The translations under genes and the position numbers were made by a program. This document shows, one piece after another, positions 13,016 to 26,577 of a DNA stretch of 64,000 bases. The stretch is taken from positions 183,788-247,787 of the forward strand of contig JAUCBJ010006937.1 in NCBI GenBank assembly GCA_032718475.1, in the 5' to 3' direction. Position 1 is the stretch's first letter. Each line of letters opens with the position of its first letter. This DNA is from Nemertoderma westbladi (lineage: Eukaryota > Animalia > Xenacoelomorpha). Under the pieces are notes generated by a model. That model was not told where the DNA came from. It ran no database searches and saw nothing but the letters and a program-made list of their open reading frames with translations.

Positions 13016-13390
13016 GCAACACGGTCCCTACTTCGCCCTGTCGACACCCCAGCCATTTTTCACCAATCCTTTTTTAGAGTTTTTTAATTTTTTTGGTATT
13101 GGTGAAAGTTCTAGAACATTAGTAGATATGTTTTTTATGATAGCTACCGGTACCGGTAGTGTTTTTTTGCTAGCTAGTATTTTTTGAAATTATGAAATTA
13201 TAAAAAATGTGAAAGTCCATGATATTTTAGGTTAAACTGTTGAAGAATATATTAATGACCAAAATAATTTCCAAAAATTACTAGCTATATACCATAAAAA
13301 ATCTACTAAGGTTCTAGAACATTCACTAATATAAAAAAGCACTCAAAATCACAAAAAATAAAGGTAAAAAAATCATCGGGACCCTTTTGC
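13016..13390. mobile_element. MITE with TTAA target-site duplication
   Basis: TTAA|GCAACACGGTCCC ... GGGACCCTTTTGC|TTAA. It abuts an AAGGGG-TTAA end with a hairpin (12945-13015), probably a piggyBac-type right end. Confidence 0.75.
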
Positions 13391-14286
13391 TTAAGGAGTC
13401 AAAATTGTACAACAAATTCCCGAAGTTTGCGACGTTTGCGAATTTCGTGAAGAATCCGTCAGTTTCTGTGCCCTAATGGGTTCGTGACGAAACAATCAAA
13501 TCTTACACACTTAACACACACGAACTAATTTAATGTGTGTATTAGTATGCTTGAATAATTAAATAGAAATTAAATTAATGAACGCTATTTCAACATGAAA
13601 TCTACGGAATCAATACACAACACACGCACACTACTGAATTTAAAAATTTATATAGATTGCAACTTATATTTTTACAACTCTTGCAACTTATATTTCTACC
13701 TTTTAGGCTTAATGGGTGACTAATTTAATTATTCACCCCTATATATTTGTAGCCTTTTTAATTTATGCCTCTAATTGAATCAAACATTAAACTAAAATAT
13801 ATGTCACAATATTGGTCTGTCGGTAGCTGGTCAATGAATCTCTCATAAATTTGTTAATTAGTCGCTGTTCATTCATTGAACATTTCAACACGTGCTGCTC
13901 GAAGACCCCAAAACGTGTTTTACTTTTACTGTTTAAGATGTTACTTTAAGATGTTTTACTGTGGATAATCACCCATGGTGGTGAACATATATTAATATGT
14001 ATTAACATATGATCCCTGATATAATATTGATAAATATTGATATTAAATATAATATCTAATATATAATATTAAATATAAGATATTAAATAAATATTGAAAA
14101 TATTGATGTAAAGTTTGTATTTGTTTGTATGAGTATGAGTTACTATTAGTAATAGTGTTCTTATAGACGTGTGGGTATAGAATGGTTGTGACATATTTGA
14201 CGTAGATTTGCTTCTTGGTATAGATGCTATTGTGCAGTTGGGGGTGTCCAAATCTGTTCCAATAATAATAAAACTATGTCTTCCAT

Positions 14287-17200
14287 ACTACTACTACTTC
14301 TACTAGGTCGATCAATAGATTTATTTATACATTATGTAAAAACAATAACAAATACACCAAACAATGTACCGGTATAAAGGTATTGTCCAACATAACATAT
14401 AAGATTACCCCTAAAGCTTTGCAGCTTATTTCCAAGGGGGTCCTTTATGTTATTTGGTTACAAATACAATATTACACTACGCTAACCTAAAACCAATATA
14501 AACCTAATTGCACTATGTACATGTACAACATTACCGAGAGCGTGACAATGCCCGACTCAACGATAAAGATGTAATGTACAGAACAATTTATTATAAAACG
14601 TAATTACAGTATAAATAGTAAATAATTAATAAACTAATAACTTACTGTAGGACTATTGTACCTATTTTTACATTGCACACGGAGATGAGATTTAACTGCA
14701 GATTTAAAAGAATGTTGATTATTTAGGTTTTTAATTTCATTCGGCAGAGCGTTCCAATTTTTTATGCCGTTAAAAAAGAAAGTATCAGATTCAAAGGATT
14801 TACAATTCGGGAGGTAGAAGTTTGAAGCACTAGCTCTGGTACTGTAAGAGTGTGTATCGCGTACTCTGTTGAATTTTTGTTTTAGGTAATTGGGACATTT
14901 ACCATTATACACTTTATGCACATGGTTAAGGCGTAGCTGCTTAACTCTACTATCTAAGTTAAGTAGTCCAGATTCAGAAAAGTCATCTGGAGTTAGGTGG
15001 TGCCTAGGTTTGTAGTCTTTAATAAATCGTACTACTTTATTCTGAGCTACTTGTAATTTACATTTAAGCTGTTTGGTTAAGCCTTCATACCAAGAAGAGC
15101 ACGCATAGTCCATGTGACACTGTATTAAAGAAGAGCAAAGTAACTTGCGGGAGTCGGTGTTCAAACTATTTTTATTTCTGTATAGAAACCTAAGCCTACT
15201 GTTAACTTTCGAGAAAATATTTTTCACTGTACTTTCTCCTGATATGCAGTTATCCAATGTGGCGCCTAAATATTTAACTTCCTTTTTATTTTCAATCTTA
15301 TGTCCATTACTAGTGACTTCAAACTTAGTTACCTTCTTTAACTTTCTTTTGGAACCAAACAAAATACTTTCAGTTTTACCGTAGTGAATGGATAGCTTAT
15401 TATCAACCAACCACTCATTACAGGATTCTAGAACTGCACTTAACTTTTGGGAAATATGGATAGGATCTTTATGAGAGAAAATAAGAGCACTGTCGTCGGC
15501 ATATAAAATGAGTTTAAAATCGGGATCTATACTACTTATCATATCATTTACATAGCATACAAAAAGCAGAGGACCTAATATACTACCTTGCGGTACACCA
15601 CAGGTAATCTCTTGTACAGTAGACAGCGATTTGCTAATGACTACAGTTTGACCTCTGTCTGACAGGTAGGACTTGAACCAGTCTATAGAACCTACACCCA
15701 TCAGGCCTAACTTACCAAGCAGAATTTCGTGATCTACAGTATCGAAAGCCTTTTGTAGGTCCAACATTACCATACCAGTATATAAACCCTTTGCGTTATT
15801 ACATCTAATTGTATCAGTTAAGTTAATAAGGCAGGTGTCTGTAGAATATGATTTACGAAAACCGGACTGAAGTTCATAGATCAGATTTAGCCTACTAAGA
15901 TGTGCCTCCAGCTGTAGAAAAACAGAACGTTCTAGAATTTTAGATACAATACTTAAGATACTAACAGGTCTGTAATTACAGGGTTCTACTTTACTATTCT
16001 TTTTATACAGAGGAACAACCTTAGCTAATTTCAGTTCGTCTGGTACTACATTATCTACGATAGAGTAATTAATAATAAAAGTAATAGGCACTTTAAGTAC
16101 TTCAGCACCATCCTTAAGAAAACGGGCAGGTATTAGGTCTAGACCGGTACTTTTTGAGGCTGAGAGGCTAAGTGATTTTTAAAAACGAAATCCTCAGAAA
16201 CGGGTTTTAAAAATAACTTTTCTGAATTTTGTAACTTTTCTAAATAAAAATTATTTAGAGTTTCGGACCATATACTATATTTATTACTTGATAACGGTAA
16301 CTTCTTAACTAAATTGGAGGCAACATTAGTAAAATAATTATTAAATAAATAAATAAATTATTAAATAAATTAATTAAATTAAATAAATTATTAAATAAAT
16401 TAAATAAATTAAAATCGAACTCGGACAGTGGAAATGAGATCCTTCCAGGCTTCCCGATTCTCCATAGTTGTCGCAATTTCGTTTCTCCCAAGTTCAGTAT
16501 CCCTTTCAAGTTGATCTATATATGTTATGGCCGGTGGTCCACGACTACGCTTTCCATGAGTTGGTTGCCAGGAAAGTAGATCTGGTATGACCTCGTCTTT
16601 ACTTCGCCAGCAGTGCCCACTGAATCTTAATCTGCGTTCATGGAGGGTGGTTGATACAGGTGGTATTGTACCATAAAGCTCGGCGTTTGTCATGTGTTGT
16701 CTCCAGCTGATGTTTAGGGCTGCCCTTAGTAGTCTTGTGTAGCAACCAACAATTCGTTGTTCAAGTGATTTAGCCAGTGTCCATGTCTCACCCAAGTATA
16801 AAAATACACTTTCCACTGTGGCTAGAAAGAACTTAGTCTTCAGGTGCCTGGAGAGATCTGATTTCCAGATTGTATTCATGTTTGATAGAGCTACCCAAAC
16901 CTTTGCTTTCCTAACTTCTATGTACCTTTTGCTACTCTCTATCCGTGATCCAAGGTACTGGAAGCAGTCGACCTTCCTTAGTTGATTATTATCAATGGTT
17001 ATAAAGTTTCCATCAACATTAAAGGTCATAAATTCGGTCTTGGTAGCATTTTTATGCAATCCAACCTCCTTAGCAGCCCTCTCCACTTTATTTAGTAGAA
17101 GCTGTGCATCTCCTATCGTATTAAAGAGCAGAGATCTGATTTCCAGATGGTATCCATTTTTGATAGAGCTACCCAAGCCTTTGCTTTCCTAACTTCTATG

Positions 17201-17715
17201 TCCTTTTTGCTACTCTCTATCCATGATACAAGGTAGTGGAAGTCGTCTAGATTCCTTAATTAATTAATATCAATGGTTGTCAAGTTTCCATCAACATTAA
17301 AGGTTATGAATTCGGTCTTAGTAGCATTTATATGCAATCCAACCTCCTTAGCAGCCCTCTCCACTTTATTTAGTAGAAGCGGGGTATCTGTTAGCGTATT
17401 AGAGAGCAGGGTGATGTCATCCACATAGTCGGTGTATGTGACTGTAGTTGCCGGATATCTACTAGTTTTGCATTCTTGAAGTGTGAATCCCAGATCTTCT
17501 CCCTTTTTGCCCATCCTCATTGCATAATGCAGCACAACTACAAATAGTAATGGTGCTAATGTGGCACCTTACAGCACGCCAGCCAGGATTGAGAAAAGTT
17601 TCACAATTTGATGAGAGTACCTGTGTGTCTGTGTCACAATGTAACCATCCAATGCCAACAACAATTACTTCTGGTATTCCATAAGCTCTTAGGATTTCAA
17701 ACATTTTACCTCTAT
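14287..17715 (-). mobile_element. RTE LINE family A copy, split by the L2/Crack insertion; internal about 280-bp duplication
   Basis: Body 16413-17715 (DYVDD, FQYLGS, RLRFSGHCWR). Its last bases and (TAG)n tail, TACTACTAC..CTAGGTCGATC, lie at 14287-14313. Confidence 0.9.
14314..16412 (-). mobile_element. L2/Crack (CR1-group) LINE, 5'-truncated, RT domain intact (14634-16091)
   Basis: [44 protein letters not shown]. The 3' UTR has a stem-loop and AATAAA. Inserted into the end of an RTE copy (ATC duplicated). Confidence 0.92.
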
Positions 17716-18243
17716 GGTGTCTTCCATGGTATTCCTAAATTCCGGCGTAAATGTAATAAATGATGTTTGTGTTACAATTGCATACATGTGAAGACATTAC
17801 AAACAATGAACTGATGTCCAATGATGATAAATGCGCAATGAACTTACATCATACCAATAGTGTTAGTCCTACCTGCCTTTCGAATAACGATAATATCAAA
17901 CCAAATGTGCACAAATTAAATTGAACAACCGCTTAGATCCTGAACCCCCAAAGCAATTACTTACAAGGTCGACTAGTGAGCGTAGACCCGTTGTCAGATA
18001 CGGAGATCAGGTTTAAAAAGGGGGGTGTGAGAAGGATATCATATCTTAGATAGACCAGTAGTAGACTGTCTAATTAGGGGGGATGTAGTGTTGTTATTTA
18101 TTAGTTGACACATTGTTAGTATTTGGTGTGGTGCCTTTTGTTTTGAAGATTGGTTTTTGGGATTCACATGGGTTGTAGAAATAGCTAATTGTATAATGTA
18201 TATGTGAGTGTTTTAGTGACAGGTTGATTAAGAGGTTATTTAA

Positions 18244-19816
18244 CCCTATTAGTACCGGGCTATAAAATGTTGTACAAATACCGGGGGGGGGGGGGTGGGG
18301 GGGTCATATTGACCCCCCCCCCCCCCCCCCCCCCCCCTCTAAAATCTACAAATTTTTACGAAAACGTCTGATTTATTGTTTGTAAGTAGGTATCACTTGT
18401 CTGGATACGACCGAAAAAAAATTTCTGGACTGGGGTGGTTATATTGGAGCAACAAAATTACAAGTAGTGCACAATTTTCAACAAATTTGAAAGTTACATT
18501 TTCGGATAATTATTTTTCAATACAGGTTTTCTGGGGTGCAAAATACATTTGAAAATATTAAAAAATGATATGATTACTATAAATGGCTGTTTAGTCCTCT
18601 GCGTAGGAAAAAAATGAAAAAAACAAGTAACCAGCACTTTTCAGTTAGAACACAAAATTTTTTATTCACTTATACGATGCTATAAATTCACATTTTCAGG
18701 TTTTCGAGGGCGCTGATTATAATGGAATACATTTCTAATATGCCAGATCATTGCTACTTGTATTTTTCGGCGTAATTTGGCAAATTTTGGTGCTAGCACC
18801 AAATTTCGTACCCATCACCAAAAAGTACAAGTTTGCGATGTCCAGTGCTGTTTTTATTGATTCCATCGGATTCAGGACCCTCATAAACCCGTATAAGGCA
18901 AGAAACAAGGTGATACTATCTACTTATCAATTTGCATATTTTCCCAAATTTGGTGCTGGCACAACAATTTTCACCCACCGGCGAAAAATACAAGTTTGAG
19001 AACTCTTATGAAATTTTTACTGATTCCATTGAATTCAGAACCATCACAAACCCGTATAACGCAAGAAACAAGGTGACACAATCAATTTATATATTTGATG
19101 GTTTTCAAAATTTGGTGCTAGCACCACATTTTGCCCCCCATCCGAAAAATACAAGTTTGAGATGTCTAGTTCGATAATTATATTTTCCATTGAATTCAGT
19201 ACAGCCATAAACCTCTAAAACGCAAGAAATAAATTGTCACAAGCAATTTTATCTATTGAATGGATTTTCAAAATTTCGTGCTAGCACCAAAAATTGCACA
19301 CAGCACCGAAAAATACAAGTTTGATACGCTTGGTGCAACTCGTATATATTTCATCGAATCCAGAATCCCATAAAACACCAATTGCGTAAAAAACAAGTTT
19401 CAAACGATCAATTTACAAAATTGACTTATTTCAAAATTTGGTGCTGGCACCAAAATTTGGCACCCAGCGAAAAAAACAAGTTTGACATTTATAAATCAAT
19501 TTATATGAATTCCATCAAATTTCTAACACCAAAAAACCGGTGTAAATAAAAAATACAGATGTTACAATTCATATTTAATGAAATGTAATTTTCAAAAAAC
19601 GTCTCAAAAAAAGTGCCAAAAGTAGGGTTAAAAAATGGTGCTATAACTCGAAAAGTACCCAATATTTTTGAAAACGGTTTTCACTACTAGGAAGACAATA
19701 GATTTTTAGGAAAAGTCATAAAATTTCAGATTCCCAACTGCGTTTGTTTCAGAATTATAATAAAAAAACCACGGGGGGGGGGTCATATTGACCCCCCCCC
19801 CCCGGGTTTAATAGGG
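18244..19816. mobile_element. piggyBac-like non-autonomous element
   Basis: TTAA|CCCTATTA ... TAATAGGG|TTAA; G-run/GTCATATTGAC/C-run hairpins at both ends; internal about 150-bp TTTGGTGCTAGCACC repeats; no transposase. Confidence 0.85.
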
Positions 19817-20082
19817 TTAATATGCTATTTTGTATATTTTTATATTGAATTAAGATTTTAGCAATTTTGATATTATCTTGGCGTTTTCTCGTTTACAACC
19901 CTACCAATGATAGTCATCTGAATCCGTGAAGTAACCACAGATGATGGATGATGGCACAAACCTTAACCAGTTCAACACCAGAATGGCCAGAAAGATAAAT
20001 CGTGAACACGATTCTAACAATATTTTCTTATCTTGACCTGCATTCACCCATTCACATATTTCATATAATTGGAATATCATAC

Positions 20083-21150
20083 TATATTGGTTCACGGTCC
20101 TTGACATAGGTGACCATTATTACCGTAATGTGTGTGTGTGTGTGTGTTAGTGTGTGTGTGTGTGTGTGTGTCCAGAGCGATATCTCAGTTATTTATTAAT
20201 CAATCGAAACAAAATTTGGACAAAAGTTAGATATAGGGATGGCGAAGGCTCATACAAAAAATTGGGTGTCGAGATGGTATTTGTGCGATGTGAGCGCTAT
20301 ATTTGCGTGTTTTCGCATGGTTTAGGAAAAAGCTATCTTGTCATAGGGAACGCAATGAATGATTCTGATATTTGGCATGGAGGTACCTGAATTATTTGTA
20401 AATCGATTAACGGAGGCCGATTTTTAAATTTGGACCTACATTATGACCTAATTGAAGATTTAATTAAGGTAATTAATTAGCACTGCTAGTACTGTCTGAT
20501 TGTCTGCCTGTAGTAGGCATACCGGACCGGTACTACCTGACCACTGTAGGCCTATCTGCCTATCTTCATACTGTCATAGGTCAGTACAGCAGTAGGTCCT
20601 AGCCTAGCCCTAGCAGTAAATATAATATTTCGCCATGTTCGCAGGCGACTTCGCACTGACTACCAGTAGGCCTATGCAGCTATGCTATGAGATTAACCGT
20701 CCAGTCGTTCAGATGCATATGGTACCGGTACTGGAACGGGTTACGGTTTAATCCTGCATTTGTCAATTACGACAATACCGGTACGACTTTGAGTACCGCT
20801 GTACCGGTACGCGGTAGCCTACCGTTACCGGTTGACCGGTAGGCGTAGGCGGTAGACCTACGGTGCGATGGTAGCCAGCCGGTAGGTGGTAGGCTTACCG
20901 TACCAGTATAAATGTTGGCGGATGGCGGGATGACGTCGTGTGGCGCGTAATTACTTACCGGTTGCCGGTAGACGCCTACCCAACTCGTAACTGGTGGTCG
21001 TGGTCGTGGTGGGATGAGCACAGGAGCATGAGGTCGCCTACGATGGGAACAAGTGAAAAGGAAACATAGGCCTACCCGAACGAAAACGTATTATTATTGT
21101 ACTGATTAAGTAGGAGGACCGTGAACCTTCCAGGCTTGCCAGCTTGTTGG
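20083..21150 (+). mobile_element. Helentron-associated (HINE/DINE-1-like) non-autonomous element
   Basis: Subterminal inverted repeat GGTTCACGGTCCT (20089) / AGGACCGTGAACC (21115), (TG)n microsatellite near the 5' end, short 3' hairpin. Confidence 0.65.
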
Positions 21151-21331
21151 TATCTCATACCCCCCATTATTGCTTGTTTTCCCTGATATCCAACATAGAC
21201 TATATATTACTAACAAAAAGATCCATTGAGTGTTAGGCTACCTTTTCTACCTTTCTTGGAATCAGGAACTAACTTATTCATTTTCATTGTTAGTAATTTT
21301 GTATGATATGACATATTTTTATGTATTACAG

Positions 21332-21477
21332 TGGTCTTGACTATACCGGAAACAGTCGAGTACTGCACAGAGGATATTACCGTGGAAATCCATATTTCCG
21401 GGATGCAGCGCCTATTGGAAGAGATGATGTTGAATCAATCAAAGTGATTTGTGAAGAATCGATATCAGGGGACGACG
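21332..21477 (+). CDS. Candidate internal coding exon of an unidentified gene
   Basis: TATTACAG| acceptor and |GTAAGT donor; exactly one open frame, GLDYTGNSRVLHRGYYRGNPYFRDAAPIGRDDVESIKVICEESISGDD. Confidence 0.45.
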
Positions 21478-22672
21478 GTAAGTTTGTACGATTAAATTTA
21501 TTAAGTTGGGCAGCAAGATATTTTTTAAATAATACGAGGAAATGAGGAAAACTTGGAAAATATTATTTAAAAAAATGGAACAAAAGTCAAACTAACTTTA
21601 ACTATCAGGCTTCTGAAAGTTAAATATCTCTGAAAATTGAAACCAATTCAATCCGTCCCAATGAACAATTCGTCCCAAGGCAAATCACAAGTCACAAATT
21701 TGTGACAAGTCAAAATAGAAATACGGACTACTCTGTTAAACTTGGAACACAATGATATGTTCATGACATTTGAGAACTTTTAAAACTAGTGATGCTGACA
21801 GCCAAAACACTCAAATAAAAAAATATGTAAGCCAACAGTAAACTTAAAATATAAATTTACCATATCTGTGAGTGATAATATTAAACCAATGATGATATTG
21901 GATGAGCAATGGAGTCCATGGAGTGATTGACCATGGAGTCAGATAATGGCGTGATATGATGAGTATAGGAAGGTGTATCCATTTTGGATACATTCATTGG
22001 TGAAGGTTATTGATACCGTTAAGGTGGTCAATACACTATATTAAGGGCGTTCTTTTCATCTTACGGATTAGTACAGAGATGAGTAACATGTTAACTATAT
22101 ATTAACCAGATGTTTGTATTATTGGTGTATTTATTGGTGATGTTATTTGGTGTAGCTTCATTCTTGAGTGTAGTTCTACGTCAAATATCACCTTAACCCA
22201 ACTCATTGGTGTAGAAAGTGCATGCGATGTCCTCAATGTAGATGAGATAACATTATAGGTATTATTAGTGAGGTACGTATCATCAACTTCGTTAGTGTGA
22301 CTAATGGTTATTGGAAATCAATATACAAAGTAAACCACGTTTTATGACACTCCTCTGAGGTCCATCCAAAGCCTCAACTGCAGGTTGACCGACCGAAACC
22401 AGAGTGGCAGTGAACAAAGTGGAGGTAGATATTCAACTAGAGATACACTCCGCGATCGTAGTACGATTTCGAACTCTCACCACCAGACGAAATCTACTCA
22501 CAATATCCGATTCTTATCCCAATAATCCCTTATGAAAATGTTAAAAGTGATCTAAACTAGAACCAGAAACACAAACATGTAATAACTGTAAAACTTGCAT
22601 ACAAACTGTGTACATTTAACTTCCTCAAAATATCCGTGAGATTTCAAGGACCTCTGATTTCGAATGACCAAC

Positions 22673-22810
22673 CAGGGCTGGTAATCCTGCACGGTTATTG
22701 AAATCCTGGGATTAGATTTGGTCCAATCTCAGGGTAAATCCCGGGATTAGAAATGGGACAATCCCAGGATAAATCCTGGGATTAGAAATGGTTCAATCCC
22801 GATTTTCAGG
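22673..22810. mobile_element. hAT-like MITE end with AATCCYGGGATTAG repeats
   Basis: CAGGGCTGG start, then 3-4 short palindromic units. Confidence 0.45.
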
Positions 22811-23486
22811 AATATTACAGGTGAAAAATACTATTGTCAATAAATTCATACTATTTAATATTTTTAATTCTATTGATTTACTACTATTATGGTCGAAAAA
22901 AGGGAAAATGATCGCAAACATGCTTTGATGAATCAAAAATTATAATTATTAATCTACAGAAAGGAGCAGGTTAAAGTGGCAGGCTATTCCAACCAAAACA
23001 ATAAACAAGAGTGACTAGCATTGGTTACAGTTTAATTTTCCAACGTTGTTAGCTGATTTTTATTACCAACTTCTGCTGGAAATTGATTTTTTTCACATGC
23101 CACCAACTTCCACCATTATATGTAATATTGACACTGGGTACTCAATAAAGATGTTATAAATAATTGTGGTACAGCTGGACGATTTCAGAATTATTTTCCG
23201 ATTGAAATGACAATTTCTGAGATCAATTATCCTGAACCTTTCTGTAAAGGTATAAATTTTACGTAAACAGTCTAATCTTACATCAAAGTAAAATAAGGGG
23301 GCGTTCAAAAATGATGTCATGGTTAATAGAAGGGGTCAATGAAGGGGGAAAATGGTTGATGGCTTATTTGAGGGCATATTGCTTTTTGGTAAGTGTACAC
23401 AGGGTTAAATCTGTGATATTGATGCCTAATTTGATTTTGGGTTAACAATGTACTGCACCATGCAAATATACCCTGTTATCTGTACC

Positions 23487-23900
23487 TACTACTACTACTA
23501 CTACTAGGATCGGCATGCTGCATTGCAGCTGCATTTTTAAGAATGCTGTGCCGGCTTGTCAACAAAATTGCACCGCCACAACTCCCTATCACCCATGACA
23601 TTTTCTAGATCATCCGCATCTTTAAGGCCAGTGTCCTTTAAGATGCGTCTCAAGAAAGTCATGGGCTGTCCACCATGCTTATTCACTCCATGAGGCTGCC
23701 AAAGTACAAGATTATGCACTGGCTGGTCCTCACGGCGAAAGCAATGTCCTGCAAAGCGGAGGCGATTTTGTTCTAGTGTCAAGCTTGGGGGAACCAATGA
23801 GACACCTCCAATGTTATATAGTGTCTGGTTGGAGATGTGTGCATTGTACTTGACACAATGAACCCGGCGTAGCATTCTTGTGAATGTGCCATCCAGAGAT

Positions 23901-23933
<33 letters not shown>

Positions 23934-25113
23934 TTGGTTATTTATATAGCGCTTTATTATGCTCGGCATACTCAAAGCGCTTTTATTATCATTACCCCAG
24001 CAAAGCCAGGTTCCTATTATACCGCTGGGTTGACGTAGGCACTAATGTCTAAAGTGTCTTGCCTAGGGACACAACAGTGCGAAATTTCTACAGCCTTTAG
24101 TCGGATTCGAACCTGCGCCACCAAACACTATTGTGTAAGCAGTTCAGGCGCCATATCCACTCGGACACTGCGACATTTGGTGTCCTCAGCAGTTAGAGCC
24201 CAGCATGGACTCCCGTAGAGGAGTACTGGAACTACTGCTGCTCTAAATAATCGGACCTTAAGTTTCCGATTAATTCTCGGTGACTTCCAAATCCTGGAAA
24301 GCCTATTCAAGGCTGCCCATGTCGTTCCCTTATGTATTCGAAGGTCCTCACCTGACTTCCGGATCCATGATCCCAGGTAACAGAAGTCGTCCACATGCTC
24401 AAGCATACCATCCTTTGAGCTTATGCTCATCCGATCAGAGACTTGCTGAGGACTTTCAAAGTTAACTGTCAGAATTTTGGTCTTTCTGGAGTTAATAAAA
24501 AGACCAACACTAGAAGCAGCATGTTCTAATGAGCTGAGGAGCCGTTGGGCTCCCTCTAATGATTCTGAGAGTACTCCTAAGTCATCAGCAAAGTCTAGAT
24601 CAGTTAGGTACTTGGCAGGATTTCCTCGACTTCTGGAGCCAGTAGGTGGAGTTATCATCACCCCATCATCATTATAATGATCTAAGGACATGCGTAGAAC
24701 ATAGTCAACCACAATAATGAACAAGAATGGTGCAAGTGTGTCTCCTTGGAGGACGCCCCATAACACTTCAAATGGTTCTGTGTCACCGTCAACAGTAGAC
24801 ACAAATGTTGTCGAACCATCGTATACTGATCTTATTGCTGCAATAATTTCATCAGGAATCCCATATAATGAAAGTATGCTGAACATACGTGAGCGAGAGA
24901 TTGAATCAAAGGCCTTGAAGAAGTCAACAAAGATAACAGCCAGATGCCTGTCTTTCTTTTTTGATAACTCTTCAATTATCCTTCTAAGTGCCAAAATGGG
25001 CTTCATGGTCCCACGACCTTTACGGAACCCATTCTGATTTCCACGGAGCAGTCTCTCAATGGGATCCCTGATGCGATTTAATAGAATCCTATTGTATAGC
25101 TTTGCAGCAACCT
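23487..25113 (-). mobile_element. RTE LINE family B, 5'-truncated, interrupted by a SINE
   Basis: QNGFRKGR, FVDF.KAFDSI, GVLQGDTLAPFLF, DFADD, DDFCYLGS, RLRFAGHC; (TAG)n tail at 23487-23508. Confidence 0.93.
23903..24174 (-). mobile_element. tRNA-derived SINE with CORE-like segment and (ATT)n tail
   Basis: A box TGTCCGAGTGG, B box GGTTCGAATCC, TGTGTCCCTAGGCAAGACACTT, AAAGCGCTATATAAAT near the tail; ATTT duplicated in the host RTE. Confidence 0.85.
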
Positions 25114-26577
25114 GCTGTTAACTACTGGCTCACTGGGATAGCGTTACCTCGCCGTGTTTAAACACAGCCTGAGCCCCCTTCCGCCTCCCGTCTGATTCTT
25201 GCGGCCATGCCAATGAGCACCAAGATATTTCCATAAGAATGAATCAATTTGAGAAACTTTTGGCCGCTGTATCTACCAACTTGAAAGCCATTACCACACA
25301 ATTAAACCCAACCAATGGGTCCCCCTTACTTATACAAACGATTAAAATACTACGTGAGGAAAATGGATATACCTTAAAGAGAAACTCAATGTTTTTCGCG
25401 ATTCCTCGGCAAGAGGGATTGACTACCTCAACCAGTTTATAAACAACACAAAGTCCTCCTTCACCGAATCCTAGGTGGTTCCAAATCCAACCGTGATCGT
25501 TTGTCTTAGATATAAACCTCTCTGTCCATTAATGTAAATTTACATTTCGATGTTTGTCATTGCCTAGGACAACCTAAATCGAAACCTCGACCTTTATTAA
25601 TATGCTTCCTGGGACAAGCAACACTTTACACTATTCACAAGGAAAGCCGAACTACCAAAAGGAATCTACGCGAGTGATCACCTCACAACTTATCGCGCTT
25701 CACTACTGCGTGAATGTACATCACCGAAGGCCAAGAAGCAAATCGTGGCCACTTATTCCTTTAATGGCATGTCTGCATCCATATAAGGAAGTCAAATCCA
25801 CAAAATATCTGATATTCCATCGCCCCATCCATGGTTTATCCTATAATGATAAATCTTTCAATTGCTTTGCTATATATGTAATAATTTTCATTTTCCATGT
25901 GGAACTCATCTAGCCCCCAGTGATGTATCCCCAGCATCCAACAACTTTTTTTGCATCTACTTTTATCATGAAATTTTTCCTTTTACCGAAGTTGACCAAA
26001 ATGATGCTATATTAGTATATTGAATCTATATCTAGAGCTATAAATAATTTTACTACTGAATCAGATCCCAACAATTCAACCTTTTTAAATCAAACATTGA
26101 GACAACTTAACCCTCATATTGAATTCTGGGTTTGACATCCTTACTTTTTTGAAACTTTTATCGCGGACTATTCTTAATAATCGAACCATAGGTATTTTTC
26201 ACCAGGGTGGCACAGCTATTTCCGTTAAAGACAATCTCGAGATTTCAGAAAGAACCGATTTACAAATTAAATATCCCAGCCTTGTAAACACATGGTCCCA
26301 ATCAACTTTGAAAAAATATGCTCTTCCTATATCACCAAAAAAAAAACCCGAAAAAATCCCGAACTAATCCAACAAAAGCCATGGATGACCTCTAATCTAA
26401 TCAAATGCACAATTAAAATAACACTTTATACCGCAAAATCACCAAAAGACACCAATGACGCTAACTGCAACAAATTCAATAATAATTACAGAAACAAATT
26501 TACATCTTCTCTATAGGCAGCTGAAAAAACATACTATGATACACAATAGGGCTGTTATACATTTTTTTCAATTTGGT

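Noticed and set aside
17821-17943. Possible C/D box snoRNA (ATGATGA...CTGA)
   Set aside because: No terminal stem and no recognisable rRNA guide; such boxes occur by chance in AT-rich DNA.
22384-22525. Possible terminal exon joining 21332-21477
   Set aside because: The phase is incompatible (direct joining gives an immediate stop) and the acceptor is weak.
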